DNA of 59,711 nt, the filler included, from Sphacelaria rigidula (taxonomy: Eukaryota), in the NCBI GenBank assembly GCA_964200075.2. It is 10 parts of 10 records of this genome, joined end to end, with 100 filler letters (N's around TTAATTAATTAA, not from the genome) between each part and the next. Parts side by side here need not be neighbours in the genome. Positions count along the whole stretch, not along the records: positions 35,890 to 41,770 come from CAXNAA020023764.1; positions 41,871 to 47,751 come from CAXNAA020023765.1; positions 47,852 to 53,731 come from CAXNAA020023766.1; 7 more parts are not named here. One strand, 5' to 3'. The notes beneath the pieces were generated by a model. It saw only the letters and a list, made by a program, of their open reading frames with translations. It was not told where the DNA came from and searched no databases. This document shows, in pieces, positions 37,358 to 50,774 of the stretch (position 1 is the first letter of the stretch; the number at the start of each line of letters is the position of its first letter). The position numbers and the translations under genes were made by a program.

Positions 37358-37533
37358 TACTTCGAGCAATGGTTGTATCGATATCTCAGATCGCCACCTA
37401 CGACCAAGCCAAGACATGGCTAGAGCCTTTCGTGCGAGGCTTCCGCCAGCACTTGATCGCGGGGTCTATATCGGCGCTGATCTTCACCACAGTGTCGATG
37501 CCTTTCGACACTGTCAAGACAAGGGTGCAGCAG
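37358..37533 (+). CDS. Mitochondrial carrier, internal exon
   Basis: tag| (V)LRAMVVSISQIATYDQAK...SMPFDTVKTRVQQ |gtgtgt. Contains the PxDxxKTR motif, and the phase is consistent. Confidence 0.93.
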
Positions 37534-38678
37534 GTGTGTCTGTGTCTGTGTCTGTGCGTGTGCGTGTGCGTGTGCGTGTGTGTGTGCATGTGTGTCGCGC
37601 ACGCGCGTGAGTGGTACGGAAGTAAAACGTTAGAAGGAAGAAATTCACTCGAAGAACAGGTGTCGTAGAATTTGGGTTGTTTGTTGACCCCGTGACACCG
37701 CAAAGGTGTCTATCTGTTGACTCGGCATAATGTCCGCTCGAAAAATCTCGGTCAGACTCGAATGTCCGTTTTCAGGAGCTCGAAACGTTGAACATCTACC
37801 TGCTGAGATTTCCGGATATTAACCGCAGGAGCATTAATGGTGCATTGAACCATTGAAATTGCGTCAAAATCGTTCGCGGGGGCATGAATGGGCCGAGTCT
37901 AGACGGCTACTATCGATTCTTCGCAGTGCAAGGGCTAACGTGCCGTCAATTATGCTATGATCTCTCCGGCTCTCTACGGTGTACGACTCAACTACTGTTG
38001 TCTATGGAAACATGCTTGTAATTGAATCTTTCCGGCACTCTTTTATTTTTTAGGGTAATAGTGCTTCAAAAATTGTTTTTTTTTCTACAGTGAAGTTTGA
38101 TCGCGGAGTTTACACGTGCACTCGTTTCCCCCGTTATGTCAACCACGGCCCGTGCACAGCGTCAACCGAAAGGTGTAGTAGGTGTTGCGACGCCAAGGTC
38201 ATCGAAAAGAAAATATAAACTACCTGATTTCGTTGTGTGTCTGCTGGGAACGGGATCGTTGGGTGACTCGCAATCACTGTCCGTCCGGGTTTATTGTGTA
38301 CAGTCCACCTATAAGTAGTACGACTGACGAGTTGTCCCAGATGAAGTGTAGATCAACCGTTGAAATCATGTGGCGAACAAGCCCCGTTCAGTGACATGGT
38401 AAACATGGATCAGGGGTTCAGGTCATAAAATGCCCGAATATATTGTCGTTCGGGGTGGTGCTCGGAGAGAGAGGAGGTGTTGAGCAAAAACGTGAGGTTA
38501 TCTGCGTTGAAGGCTAGACGTTGATACTGTTCCGAAAAGTAGTCTAGCGCTTACACGATGAGCAGTTTTCAACGCTCCACCCTTGACAAAAATGAGCCTG
38601 GGCGCGTTTCGAGTCGCCAGGCCTTATCCGCTTCAAACTACCACACATCTTACATGCCACCTACGCCGTATGTTGCAG

Positions 38679-38915
38679 GCACGGGCGGGTAAGGAACCAC
38701 GATACAGCGGCACCTGGAACGCGCTGAGGTCAATCGCAAGGGACGAGAGCCTCATAGCCCTGTGGACGGGATTTCCGCCCTACCTTCTGGCAAAGGGCAC
38801 TTTGACTGTTATTTTGTTCCTATTCAAGGAGCAGTTCACCGCTTTCGCCAAGTGGGCCCTAGATGGAGGTCTTTCCCAAGCCATTCGGCAGTTTGTGTCC
38901 GGTACGATCAACTAA
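38679..38915 (+). CDS. Mitochondrial carrier, terminal exon
   Basis: cag| ARAGKEPRYSGTWNALRSIARDESLIALWTGFPPYLLAKGTLTVILFLFKEQF...TIN stop TAA. Confidence 0.9.
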   Translation, partial: ARAGKEPRYSGTWNALRSIARDESLIALWTGFPPYLLAKGTLTVILFLFKEQFTAFAKWALDGGLSQAIRQFVSGTIN

Positions 38916-40126
38916 TCCCGTTGGTACCTGAGGGCTTGGGGGGGGGGCTTGGGCCGGGGGGGGGGGGCGGGGTGTATGCCTGTTGTAATTGCTACATGCG
39001 ATGTTTGTATTTCTTCCGCCAGAGGAGCGGTGCTCGCTTTTTGTGCTTTTTTGGAACCTCTTTTTTCTTGGAAACAACGCGAAGATGAGAGTGACGTTAT
39101 TGAGTGTTATCTCAAGTAGTGCATACCAAGCAGTGACATCGTAGTCATAGTGGTGGTACTAAACCACCAGATGTTGTTGCGACCGCTATCATCGGGACTC
39201 GGCACATGTACAAGTAGCATCATACTGTTTGCACTGGAGATGGACCTTTTTGGCAGCTCGAGTGGTGACAAGTTTGCGACCCGTGCCCGTTACGTTTGTC
39301 GTACGCCTCCCTCTACCGACTCAACGGCTACTGGTGTCAAAATCCCTGGGACTTTCTTCATCCGAGGGGGTTGCGGGTGTAATCACAATCCCAGCTGTTG
39401 ATTCGGCTTAGACTATATATTGCCTCTGCGGTTCCTGGTGTTACTCTCTCTACAACAAGTGCTAACTGCTGGAATGTTGAGGTCTACCGCGTAGGAATGA
39501 TGCAGTATGTTGGCATGCATACGGATATCAACATATTGACCTGCCCCCCCTCCGCCCGCCCTCGGGGTTCGCGGAGATGGGGTATCGGTTCGATACACGA
39601 GTGAAAACGCTGCCCCTTTTTTAATGGAGTATATCCATCGTAAGTTAAAGCGGTAGGGATCAAGCCAAGTTGCCATAAGGGCATACTTGCTGCCGGAGAG
39701 GTAACGAAGCATGTATTTGATGCGTCTTCCTCTCAGTCTCTGTCGATTTGGTCTTATGAAAATATGCCGTCTTCTGAGCACGTGTCTGGTTCAGAGTATA
39801 GCTGGGGCAAATATGGGAGGGACAAAAATGAGTCTGTAGTAATATTGGTCTACACGTTGTTTGTTGTTACCCGTAGCACGCGGAAATATGAAGGAAATCG
39901 GCTTGTTCCCCTGGAGTGTTTTACAGCCTTGACGTGGCGGTTCTTTGCTCAAATGCGTTTGTCGTTTAAGTAGCTGTCAACCGTTCGAGTGCGAAAGTGT
40001 AACTCGAGTCCGTGTGTCGCAATGCGAACGGTTTCGACTTGGCTGAATTAGACACTACAGCAAAACTCAACGGTACCTACGAGCTGGTCCGCGGTGAACG
40101 CCCGAAAAACACTCATCGGCAACACT

Positions 40127-40375
40127 TCACGCCGTTTTAAGGAGTTAGACCCTGAAATTTGGCACAGACGTTCTATGGGTCAAGTCGGTTTTTACCTTTC
40201 CACCGTTTTTCGGGGGTCCCCATTTTTCCTGGGAAACATCGATCCAATCGGACCCCCGTAAAACCATAAAAAAGTAAAAAACGAAAAATGAAGAATCTCA
40301 TTATCCGAAAGTTGCGTAATCACCCATAAAACAGCTGTGCAAAATTTCAGGGTCTAATTCCTCAAAACGGCGTGA
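40127..40375. mobile_element. MITE-like element with ~40-bp inverted repeats
   Basis: tcacgccgttttaaggagttagaccctgaaatttggcacag versus ctgtgcaaaatttcagggtctaattcctcaaaacggcgtga. Confidence 0.65.
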
Positions 40376-40654
40376 GGGTTTTCGCTTTTGTGCGATAAAT
40401 GTTGGCGTACCGCGGTGAAACCGCAAACTACTTGATTTTTGTGCCGAAACGGCGTTTTTGGTCCACGTCTTGCCTGGATATCACAAGAGGAAATCATCGT
40501 CAGCCTCGGAGTTCCTTAGGCATCAGGACATGTCGAAAGACAATCTCCCGCATAGGTCTTTGCCTACCCTAGTGATACGCCTTCCTCATAGTTGAAAGGG
40601 TGTGGAGTAAAACTTCTTGCATGGTGGGGGGGTGTACTGGTGATCATGCATGCT

Positions 40655-41125
40655 ATAGTCATTTGACCATTAACCTCACATGCCTACAAATTTCGCCGGA
40701 TCAGGCTCGCAATCCATCACGAAGCGCGAAACGTCGTGGTGTGTTCGGCGAGTCGCATGAAGGGTGAGCTATATCCTGCGAAGATTCTTCGGCCCGAAGC
40801 CTGCTGATTATCTTGCATCTGGATTACCGCCAACAATGAGTTTGAGTTACTTCATTTTCTGCGATCGCCCCTTCTAGAGACAGCCGCGGCTTGTTCACTG
40901 CGCCACGAGTGTCTCACCATTAGAAAACTACGTAGTACGATGATACCCTTTGTGCAGAGTTGAGGTTCTCCCACGCCGCACAACATGATGTAGCTAGACT
41001 ACCATCATGGTTACCGCAAAGGAAAAACGCAAGCGTGCGAAAACAAATCGGTAACTTGGTTCCCTTGCTTACGCAGTGAGTGGCGTGTTTTACAGCGCCA
41101 TGGCCTACCGACGACAACCACATCG
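40655..41125 (+). repeat. ~470-bp interspersed repeat, copy 1
   Basis: Colinear with 42735-43200 and 46305-46800 (ggaccaggctcgcaatc...gtgttcggcgagtcgca...agagacagcc...gcagtgagtggcgtg). Confidence 0.85.
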
Positions 41126-41770
41126 GGGGTCTGCCCCTACAAAGCCGGGACGGAGCACGCCAGCTTCTAGTCGGACCCGGCTGGGGGGGGAGGGGAGGGA
41201 GGGAGGCGGGCTTTTAGACCTATATGGTACAAAAACACGGGTTTCGGCTGTATGCCATGCCGTAAAACGTGGGGAAAATATGAACGACAGCACTGCTTAT
41301 TCAAACGATCCTATCGTTCTGCTTGAGCAAAAGTATCAAAGAGCAAGGAGCTGGGGCTGTACACGTGTAGGACTCCCAACGACCAGTTTGAACAGCCGAT
41401 AATCGAAATTGAGGATGAAGCTTTTCATTGAGGATGATAATCCGGAAAACTAAAAGTTTTGCTTCCACGCCAATTCTTCAAAGTATGGTTTCATTAATTC
41501 ATATGCTGGTAGTTCTTGACAACTACTACACGCCGTGAAACTTTGGATTCCGTTGATCGAAATCCGGAGGCCCTGGGTAAAGAAAAAATGTTGGGAATAT
41601 AGGAGATCCGGCTCAATTTCGATGATGGATTGTTTTTGCCAGTAAATCGTTCAACACGCGTCGCGTGTTTTTTTCTCGGAATCTGTGTCGGGTATGAACA
41701 ACAAATTGTGCGAATTGAGGTTTAACTTCGAGATGAGGCTCAAGCCTAAAACAGTGCTTCCCCCACACTT

Positions 41771-41870
41771 NNNNNNNNNNNNNNNNNNNNNNNNNNNNNN
41801 NNNNNNNNNNNNNNTTAATTAATTAANNNNNNNNNNNNNNNNNNNNNNNNNNNNNNNNNNNNNNNNNNNN
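41771..41870. other. Artificial scaffold linker
   Basis: Same 100-bp linker. Confidence 0.98.
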
Positions 41871-42734
41871 GTCTGTCGGGCCACTACCCTCCCGTTTCGA
41901 CGTCTCTACCTTTGCCTTTGCCCACGCATTGATTTCTTTGGGGGAAGGGGGGGGGGAGGCGTATTTATTTGTTGCTTGCCTTAGTTGTTCGACCATCAAC
42001 CACGCATCCCTTTCGAGACGGAGCACCGTTCCCACTCCAATTAAAGACACCTCCAACATTCTGGCGCTCATTACATTTCTTCAAAAGGGGGAAGGGGGAA
42101 GCATCGCGGCATCACCCTCAACCATTTTTGTCCCCAGGTGTTTCTATTGTGTTTCGTCTTTGATTTGTTACTCTATCCCTTCACTATTATTTCATTTACT
42201 GATCATACCACACACTGGACAACGACAATAGATTCAACTATTGCGTCTATTGCGGTAGACAGTAGAATCCATAATTCGTGAGTTTCAATCTATAAGAGCT
42301 ATTTTGTTCTTTCTTTGGTTTTGTTTGATTTCCCCACACATCATTATAGGTAGCTGGCCTGTGACCGCGGAAGGCGTCCGCATCAGACGCTCAGTACGAG
42401 TGTACCGCACAGATATCGGAACGGTTTATAATGTGAAGACAACAACAACAACAATAACAACATACTGTACGCAGTACATTTTTTTTACTGTGCCCCGGTC
42501 GTATGATGGTATAACCGAAACCACTATTATAACTAGTTCGAGACTATACGGCAGATGTTTTTATTTTTTTCCTGGAAATTTCCTGATATTTCCGTTGCCA
42601 AAAACGTGGGACATACCAGTAGAAAAGAAATAAGGGGGTGCACGGGAGTGCTGATCCAATCACGACACTAAATTGCAAGGCAAATACGGGGGGGGGGGTA
42701 CTCATACTCATTATCTTGTATGCCGTAGTCGTAT

Positions 42735-43200
42735 AGCCGTTGATCTCGCATCTCTACAAAGCCGGGACGGAGCACGCCGGCTTTTCGTCGGACCAGGCTC
42801 GCAATCAATCACCAAGCGCGAAGCGCCCTGATGTGTTCGGCGAGTCGCATGAAGTGCATCCTACCAAGGTTGTTCGGCTTGAAGTCTACAATAATCTCGC
42901 ATCTAGGTGTCATCCTCCAATGAGCTTTTTCATTCTCTGGTATCGCCACTCCCAGAGACAGCCACGGGTTACACACTGCCTCATAGGAGTCTCACCATTT
43001 TAATACTACGCAGTATGATCATCCCCCGGCGCGGGACTGAGGTTCTCCACCCTGCACGACACGATCTCGCTCGACCACCATCACGGTTACCGCAGAAAGA
43101 TCCAAGCGAGAGAAACACGCAGTAACCTGGTTGCCTAGCTTACGCAGTGAGTGGCGTGCTTTACAGCGTCGTTGCCAATCGACGTCAACCTTCAAAATGG
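42735..43200 (+). repeat. ~470-bp interspersed repeat, copy 2
   Basis: As for copy 1. Confidence 0.85.
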
Positions 43201-43365
43201 GGATGGCAAATACCGGGAGGAGGGGGGGAGAAGAGGTGGGTAGATCCATTGAAACCAAGGACTCGTCCCGATGAAAATAAATGGAGGGGTTAAAAGTGTG
43301 CAACAAAAAACGAAAACAAAAAAAACACGAAGAGCCAGAGGCCCGACACCGATCGATACACACAC

Positions 43366-43555
43366 CGGTATAGCTTGTGTTGGCGCAGCTCCCTCTCCAC
43401 CAGGCTCAGCGTCAGGGCCTGGTGCATAGCGTTGGCCAGCTCCTCCGTGTTCCAAGGGTTGACTCGAATCGCCCCGCTGAGGGACTGAGCGCTTCCTGCG
43501 AACTCGCTGAGGATCAGCACCCCGGGGCCATCGTTGCGCTCCAATACCGGGGCAC
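43366..43555 (-). CDS. TPS: Trehalose-6-phosphate synthase (GT20) next exon
   Basis: cag| (G)APVLERNDGPGVLILSEFAGSAQSLSGAIRVNPWNTEELANAMHQALTLSLVERELRQHKLY(R) |gtgtgt. Phase 1 matches the previous exon. Confidence 0.95.
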
Positions 43556-45691
43556 CTGGGCATATTCAGGTGGCGCCACCGCTATCACTATGTTATATAT
43601 TATTATTATATATTTCTTGCTTTTGCTTTTGCTTGTAATTATGATTACGATAATTGTTTCCGCACACTAGCCCGATATATCGAACTCACTGTCACAGGCG
43701 TAGGCTCGACTTTACAGTACCGTCACTTACATCAAGGACCGCTTATTTTGCACCAGGCTCGCGGCTTGTTGGCCACCCCAAACCGAGCCCCTTTTCTTAT
43801 TCGTCCTGATGTTCTTACTTTGACCGCACACCCGCCGGCGAATTTGCGGGTTGCTTGTTTTTATTTCCACCACGAGCGCCCCGTTCAGAGCAACGTTTTC
43901 ACTTCCGGGATTGCCATATTTCATTGCAGTACAGTAGTATCGACGGGATTTTCCACATCATTCACTTCTTACAGAAGAGAAGAAACCCCCCGCACTACTG
44001 CACCCTTGAGACCTCGGAAAAAAGCACACGAGGTCTACTGTATCACAAGTCAATAGCCTCCCAGTTACCCTTCGTGAAGCAGTTGCCATCGACCATATAT
44101 TTCTTGATCGCCTCTTGACGTCGTTCAAGGATCACAACCCTTGTTTTCAAACTGAAAAGTTCCACAGGGTCGAACGAATCATCGTCCGTTCAAATCATCA
44201 GATCTACGATCCCCGAGGCCTGGCTGCTCAAAAGTAAAAAAAAAAAAACTTGACCGCGGATCACACAAGTCACTACGCAATTTTTGCGCCATTCCGAGTG
44301 TCTGAAGTGCGCGTACCTGGGGTGCAGTGTGAGGCTAAAAACAAAGACCAAGGATTGATTTGTGCGGTACGAATCAATTACACTAAAAAAGCAAGTAATT
44401 TTCAGACGAGTCACACTCGTGCGGCCTCAGGAAAGTTCACACCCTGCATAATATATTTATACAGTCGAAACGTGTACTGCGTGCAATACAGGATCTATCG
44501 TCTTTGCAGTAGACGCAATTGTCGATACTGTTGTACGTAGTACACTTTTGACAATTTAGTCCGTTGTTAAAGGTGTGGAAAAGTTTGGCGAGCTCATTCA
44601 ATGTATCAAGGTGGTTAAGATATCCCTCAAAGACGCTAGCGTAGGGGTTGCCAAGGACGTTCAAGGCCAGCAATCTGCTGGGTTACTGCTTCCCTTACGA
44701 CGGTGAATGACCCTTGCGTGATGCCGCAATAGCCCCTCTCTCCCCCCCCCCTCCAGAAAAATGGCTGATTTGAGGAGGCAAAAATCTACACGCGAATCAA
44801 GATGGCAAAAGCCGAGCACACCGAGCAGCTTGGAACTCCCACACTTGATATCGTTTTCGTCAACGCCGCCCGCACGAGGCGCTTCATACAGTCTAAAACT
44901 AGCTATTATGCGCCGTGCGGCCATTTTCTTCCCGACAGTTTTGGGGCTGGTTTGGGGGTGGGGGTGGGGGGCTATAGCCTCATCAGTGCCTTTTGAACCC
45001 CGGGCCTCGTTTCGGTACAACATTTCGGCCTGACAATCCTGCGGGATATGTGCAACAACGTGATGTACCAGAAAAGATTTCAGCGAAGAGTAGTGAAGAC
45101 AGAACAGTGCTGTCTGTACTGTCTTCATACATTCTTACTACGGTATGCGGACAATGCCGTTAACCGCCGCCGCATTCTTGAAACCGCGTTCTTATTTGTA
45201 GTCGCAGTCGTACACCTCAATTAATCTCTAGGGCGGAAGCTCATGAGAGTGGGAGGGCGCGTGTACTGCGACAAGTAGGCAGGAGGTTTTACTGGGTCGG
45301 ACCCCCACAATGTCTTGAGCAAAGCTTGCGAACGCTCGAGGTGCCTACCCCACATGACTGCCGCGAGGCAGTCTGGCCGAGCCACCGAGTAATCGGCACA
45401 CGAACTCGCTTGCGGGGTAAGTGCCGGGTCAAGTTTCCTCATTCCTTCAAGGAAAAACAAGAAAAACGTCGTTAATATGCGAGTTTTCGTTCTTATTGGC
45501 ACCTCGAAACTGAGCATCTGTTCTTGTGGTCATGTACTCATACTTTTGGATTATTTCGAAGGCTCGAGGTCCCAAGTGATGGCACTACCTGTGCAGCAGT
45601 AAGCACAGCACTGTGAACATGAAAAAAAAACCCCGACAAATGTCGTCATTGAAAAGTGCAAAGCCACTGGGCCACCCGTCATCAAAAATTG

Positions 45692-45998
45692 CAGGGATAT
45701 ACACGTTACACGTGCCATAGCGCTACACGTGACGTTCACGTTACGTTTTGGCCGAAACGTAATGTGAACGTAAATTGCAGGGATATACACGTTACACGTG
45801 CCATAGCGCTACACGTGACGTTCACGTTACGTTTTGGCCGAAACGTAATGTGAACGTCAATTTTTTTTCACGTGATGAACGTAACGTGAACGTAACGTCA
45901 TACTTTTTTTACGTGGCACACGTCACGTAACGTTTACGTTTATTTTTTTTCACGTGATGAACGTAACGTGAACGTGAACTGTAACGTGTATAGCCCTG
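45692..45998. mobile_element. hAT-type MITE with duplicated 5' end (86-bp tandem duplication)
   Basis: aaaaattg|cagggatatacacgttaca ... tgtaacgtgtatagccctg|aaaatttg. CAGGG..CCCTG termini, near-perfect 8-bp TSD and dense ACGT subterminal motifs. Confidence 0.8.
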
Positions 45999-46304
45999 AA
46001 AATTTGTACATCAACGGCTAGCTTCAGCGGAGCTTGTGGATTCAAGACTAAATAAAGTGACAAGTTCAAAAACAAATGAAAAAAGGCTTCCTTCCTTTTT
46101 CTTGCCCCGTTGGTTTTCGCCATCCGAAAAAAACACGTGAGTGAGTCAACGGCATGCGGGACTGCCGATAATCTACTGCTCGACAGTAGAATTGCTTGAG
46201 CGCTGGAAAGCTGCATACCGCGGGACAGAGATGGCTTAATCACGAGAGACTATGGAGCGGGGCAACAAGGGCGTTGGGGTGGGGGGGGGGGGGGGGGGGA
46301 AGTG

Positions 46305-46800
46305 ATCTTGCATGCCGTGGTCATGTGACCATTGACCTCGAATCCGTACAAATTCGGGACAGAGCACGCCGGATTTTCGCCGGACCAAGATCACAATCAA
46401 TCACCAAGCGCGAAGCGTCCTGATGTGTTCGGCGAGTCGCACGAAGGATGAGCTGCATCCTGCAAGATTGTCCGGCCCAAAGCCTACTGATTATCTTGCA
46501 TTTGGATAACAGCCTCCGATAAGTTGCTTCATTTTCTGGTGTTGCCACTTTCAGAGACAGCCACGGCTTACACATTGCCTCATGGGTGTCTCACCATGTA
46601 AGCACTACGTACTATGGTCATCCCCTTCGCGCGGGACTGAAGTTCTCCCACCCCGCACAATATTATCTAGTTCGACCGTCATCATGGTTGCCGCAAAAAA
46701 AACGCGAGCGTACAAGAAATACCGGTAACATGGTTGCCTAGCTTGCGCAGTGAGTGGCGTGTTTTCCACCATTGTTGCCGACAGACGTCAATCCTACAAT
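46305..46800 (+). repeat. ~470-bp interspersed repeat, copy 3 (in TPS intron)
   Basis: As for copy 1. Confidence 0.85.
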
Positions 46801-46939
46801 CCTCAGGGGTGGGGGTCAAAACCAAGGAATAAGAACAAGGGAATATCGGACCTGAAGTAAATGTAACTCGAGCCAAAGTCTTCCTCACGCCGTCCATATG
46901 TTTCACAGAACACGACGTGTGTTTGAAGCGAACAGGCAC

Positions 46940-47080
46940 ACACACTGGAGTATGACACGTACGTACACTGCAACATGACACACACATACACTGGATCATG
47001 ACACATACTGGAGCGTGCCACAGATACGCTGGATCATGACACACATATTGGAGCATGACACGCACATACACTGCGGCATA
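46940..47080. repeat. Intronic minisatellite (acacatactgga.catgac units)
   Basis: Direct observation. Confidence 0.75.
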
Positions 47081-47088
47081 ACACAGAC

Positions 47089-47215
47089 CTTCCACAACCG
47101 GCTGTCTTGGCTCGCTCTGCGCCGCAACGTACTCGTGGGAAACAAGATTCATCCCGTCCCTCACTGACGTCACGAGGCAGACGTCCGCCACGTTGTAGAT
47201 CGCGAAAAGCTCATC
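47089..47215 (-). CDS. TPS: Trehalose-6-phosphate synthase (GT20) exon
   Basis: cag| DELFAIYNVADVCLVTSVRDGMNLVSHEYVAAQSEPRQPVVE G|gtctgt. RDGMNLV..EY is the GT20 signature. Confidence 0.95.
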
Positions 47216-47751
47216 CTGCAAGACAGACAGCACAAAAAGACACCGGGTAAATTGGACGACTGATGATTATGATGATTATGATGATGATGATGATGATGAA
47301 TATTATCATCATTATTATTTATGGGGAGACCACATATGTATGAGCGTAATGAACATCAGAATACACATGGAAGCCGGAGAAACAGTCTCAGGAACGGGGT
47401 CCGCCAGTGACATACTTGAGCGGACTCGAAACGTTCAAACATGTGAAACTGGATCTTTGGCAACCTAGGCAACGGGATCTCCGGTATAAAAGCTCGGAAT
47501 ATTAGGGCCACCGTATGAACCCTGGTAGAACGTAGCCGGTGCTATCGTACCAACTCGTTCACTTCTGCTCCTTGCCTACAATCGGTCACGGCCACATCGT
47601 TGCCTTAACCCTTTTGGGACCGAACCCCCACTAACACAGGGTTGATTGACCCTGTGTTAATGGAATAATAAAAAATATGTCTTCGAGCGACCTGCCCAAT
47701 CACGGCGAGACGAAATTTATCGACCAGACCCGAACGACCAGCACGGGGATT

Positions 47752-47851
47752 NNNNNNNNNNNNNNNNNNNNNNNNNNNNNNNNNNNNNNNNNNNNTTAAT
47801 TAATTAANNNNNNNNNNNNNNNNNNNNNNNNNNNNNNNNNNNNNNNNNNNN
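47752..47851. other. Artificial scaffold linker
   Basis: Same 100-bp linker. Confidence 0.98.
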
Positions 47852-48309
47852 CGCACATACGCTTTGGGGGCACGGAAGACGAGCAACCCCAGGGGGCAGC
47901 GCGGAGAAAAAAATCGGACACGTAGCCCCCCCTCCCCCCCCCTACCGGAGGGCATTTTTTCGAAAATTGTCATGATTTTTGCGATTTTTTGTTGCCAAGT
48001 TTGTCGCAAGGAGTTGATCAATAAACACTGTTTTGATATTTTACGTTGGCTTCGTTACAAGAAATTGATCAATAAACGCTGACAAAAACAGGAAAGTCTA
48101 GTGGACTTTGTGGGGTTCGTATATCTGCTTGTGCTTATTGCCCGTTCTGTCCCGATGACCTCATACGCCGGAGGGCATTTTTTCGACAATTGGAATTATT
48201 CCATTTTTTTTTATATTTTCTGTTAACATTGTTCCCAGAAATTGATCAATGAACATTGACAAATCCGAAAATTTTGGTGGGCCTTGCGGGGTGTGTGTTT
48301 GCTTCTGTT

Positions 48310-48692
48310 CTTTTACATATTATAAATAATATATAGTATGTAATATTTATTATATAGCATATATATCAATATAAATTATATAATATAGTGTATACTGCCC
48401 CTTGATGAATATTCATATATATAATCATATATAATATATAAATATATTGTATAACATATAGTATATGTTAAGGAGAAGACTCATATGTATGATATAGACC
48501 TATTATATAGACCCATATTAGATGAAATATAATATTTGAATCATAGTCTATGACATATAATATATGGAATATAATATATAAGGCATAATATATGAAATAC
48601 AGTACATAAAAAATACTATATGAGACATAATATATGATATATAATATGTGAGGTATAATACATGAAATGTAATATATGAAATATAATATACG
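48310..48692. repeat. TA-rich low-complexity tract
   Basis: Direct observation. Confidence 0.9.
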
Positions 48693-49152
48693 AGGATCTT
48701 TACTGTCTACGGCAGCTGACCGCATCCGTCAACGCCTCGGCAAAAAAACAGGGGGGACACGGCTGGGTGTCCCCCCCCCCCCTTACCCCCCTCCCCCCCC
48801 TCAAAAACTCGAGTTTTCGATCTTGGGGCCTAGGTGTCCTGGTTTTTGTTTTTTGCTGCCCCATGGCAACCCCCGAAATAGTTTTAAGGAGGTCGAGGGG
48901 CATGAGGTCGTCCATCTGAAATTCATTGGTCATGACTTTACGTCAGGGAAAGCACTGTTTTCGAGTCGAAACTCATCAAAATGTTAAACCTCAATAATGA
49001 ATTCAGGCTGTTTCTCATGGTTTCAAGAACACGAGGGAAACACCAAACCGCCACTGGTGCCATGGGTCGATGTGGCGTTTCCCTTGGAGAGGAGAAAGTA
49101 TACAGACGGAGTGATATTTCGGTGAGCTCAACTGAACGCTTGTCTAACTCAC

Positions 49153-49203
49153 CAGCATTTCCACTCCACCGGGACCAAGCTGTCCGTACACCGGGAAGCC
49201 GTC
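49153..49203 (-). CDS. YHYH-domain protein, exon C
   Basis: cag| DGFPVYGQLGPGGVEML |gtgagt. Completes the IGW..DGFP.YG motif in phase. Confidence 0.88.
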
Positions 49204-50020
49204 CTGCGCGGGTGCGAGTATTCGGTCGGTAGGGAGAAGAGACATTAGAGCCATACTACGATAGGGGGGGGGGGGGTGGTATTTGGCTCATAGATGCGCC
49301 AAACAATCTAAAACACTCGCGTTGCGCTTGTATAATTTCAACGGCAACTGGAGTGGACTTTAGTCGAAGAAAACTGCCCAAAATACCCCCCCCCTATCGT
49401 AGCTTCATTAACCATGCAGAGTGGCGACAGAGTAACGGGAGAGCAGATTCAGGCCCGAGCTTAGAACTGGGAATAGGGTTGGTTTAAGGATTGCACCCGC
49501 ATCCGCAATCCTGCTTCTCACTATGCAGCTCACAAACAGGCGAAGGCAGTAAATGCCGAGGTGGACCATGGACCGTGAAAAAGGTATTGTATACCTACTA
49601 CTGGATAGGTGTGACGTTACGCACATACTGTCCGGTACGTATGTTTTCTACAGACTAGCAACGACGGTCGATCAAGCGTCGCATCTGAGAAGGCTTGTGA
49701 CACCGATGACCTTCCTCGCCCTCTACGCTTTCGGCCCTCATCCGACCCACTCGATGTCTCCTTTTCTACGGGCACCCACGCATGGCTACTCTAGTGTTAG
49801 CGAGTATACACCGGGGTTTGCAACAAGAACAGACGGGTGCAGCGGTAGTATCCGGCTGAATTTTCCTGCTTGCTATAGACGCGTTGTCAAGCAGTCCGAT
49901 AGCTTCAAATCGGACAAAAAATAGTACGATGGCCACTCCAGGAGAGTCTCCTTTTAACCGGCGATACTCCTGCCTTACCCCCCCCCGCCCTTCCCACCCC
50001 CCAGGACTAGTTTCACCCAC

Positions 50021-50222
50021 ATATGACCACCCTATCTGCGCGGAGTGATCGCTTGACGTCAGGCCTGCCGCAACCATGGCCTGCTCCTGCAGACAGCCAG
50101 GAGTGCTGTGGTAATGGTACCAGCCCTCCGTCGCGGCGTGCCCCCCGCATAAGTCGAAGGTGTCTCCTTCGATCGCGAAGGCAGACAACTCGTAGGAATC
50201 GGCCTGTTCACGCGCCCACGAG
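50021..50222 (-). CDS. YHYH-domain protein, exon B
   Basis: cag| (S)SWAREQADSYELSAFAIEGDTFDLCGGHAATEGWYHYHSTPGCLQEQ...DHSAQIGWSY |gtgggt. D.C.GH...YHYH and HS..IGW motifs. Confidence 0.9.
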
Positions 50223-50734
50223 CTGCTCAACATACACATACACACATATACACACGGCGGGTAGAGGAATGAAAATTGGAGAACCAAGCCAAACGTCTCC
50301 TTGCGGCGAATATCGTGCTCCGGTAGATAAAGCCCCTTGCCCCTGCGAAAGAGCCCATGCATTTGCTGTGCAGCGAGGCCGGGCATGTTGTGTTGTGAGA
50401 TTGCGCAAGAAGTACGGTCGATGCTGCATCTTCTGTACTAATGTGTACGTGTATATATGTTGACTTGCAGTGCCGCGCTTGTTTCTAAAACATAGCACGC
50501 AGTGCCCCGATGATCTAGACCCGATTATGATCCAATCCAATCCGCGATGATACCAAACTGTACGGCGTGTACCGAGGGGTGGTATACGGGCTGATCCCGC
50601 GAGACCACGGACTCGTCCCGAGGTGGAGGGGGGGGGGGGGGGGGGGGGGGGAAACTTGTTTTTTCTTTCTTTTGGCCCGGAGACAAAACACCCCCCCCNN
50701 NNNNNNNNGGGCGGGGCGGCCCGGGCGGCGGCGG

Positions 50735-50766
<32 letters not shown>

Positions 50767-50774
50767 CGGGGGGG

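Noticed and set aside
39413..39781. ATWLDPYRF resembling the hAT transposase A..LDP motif
   Set aside because: A single short motif with no supporting domain. Cannot be supported without a profile search.
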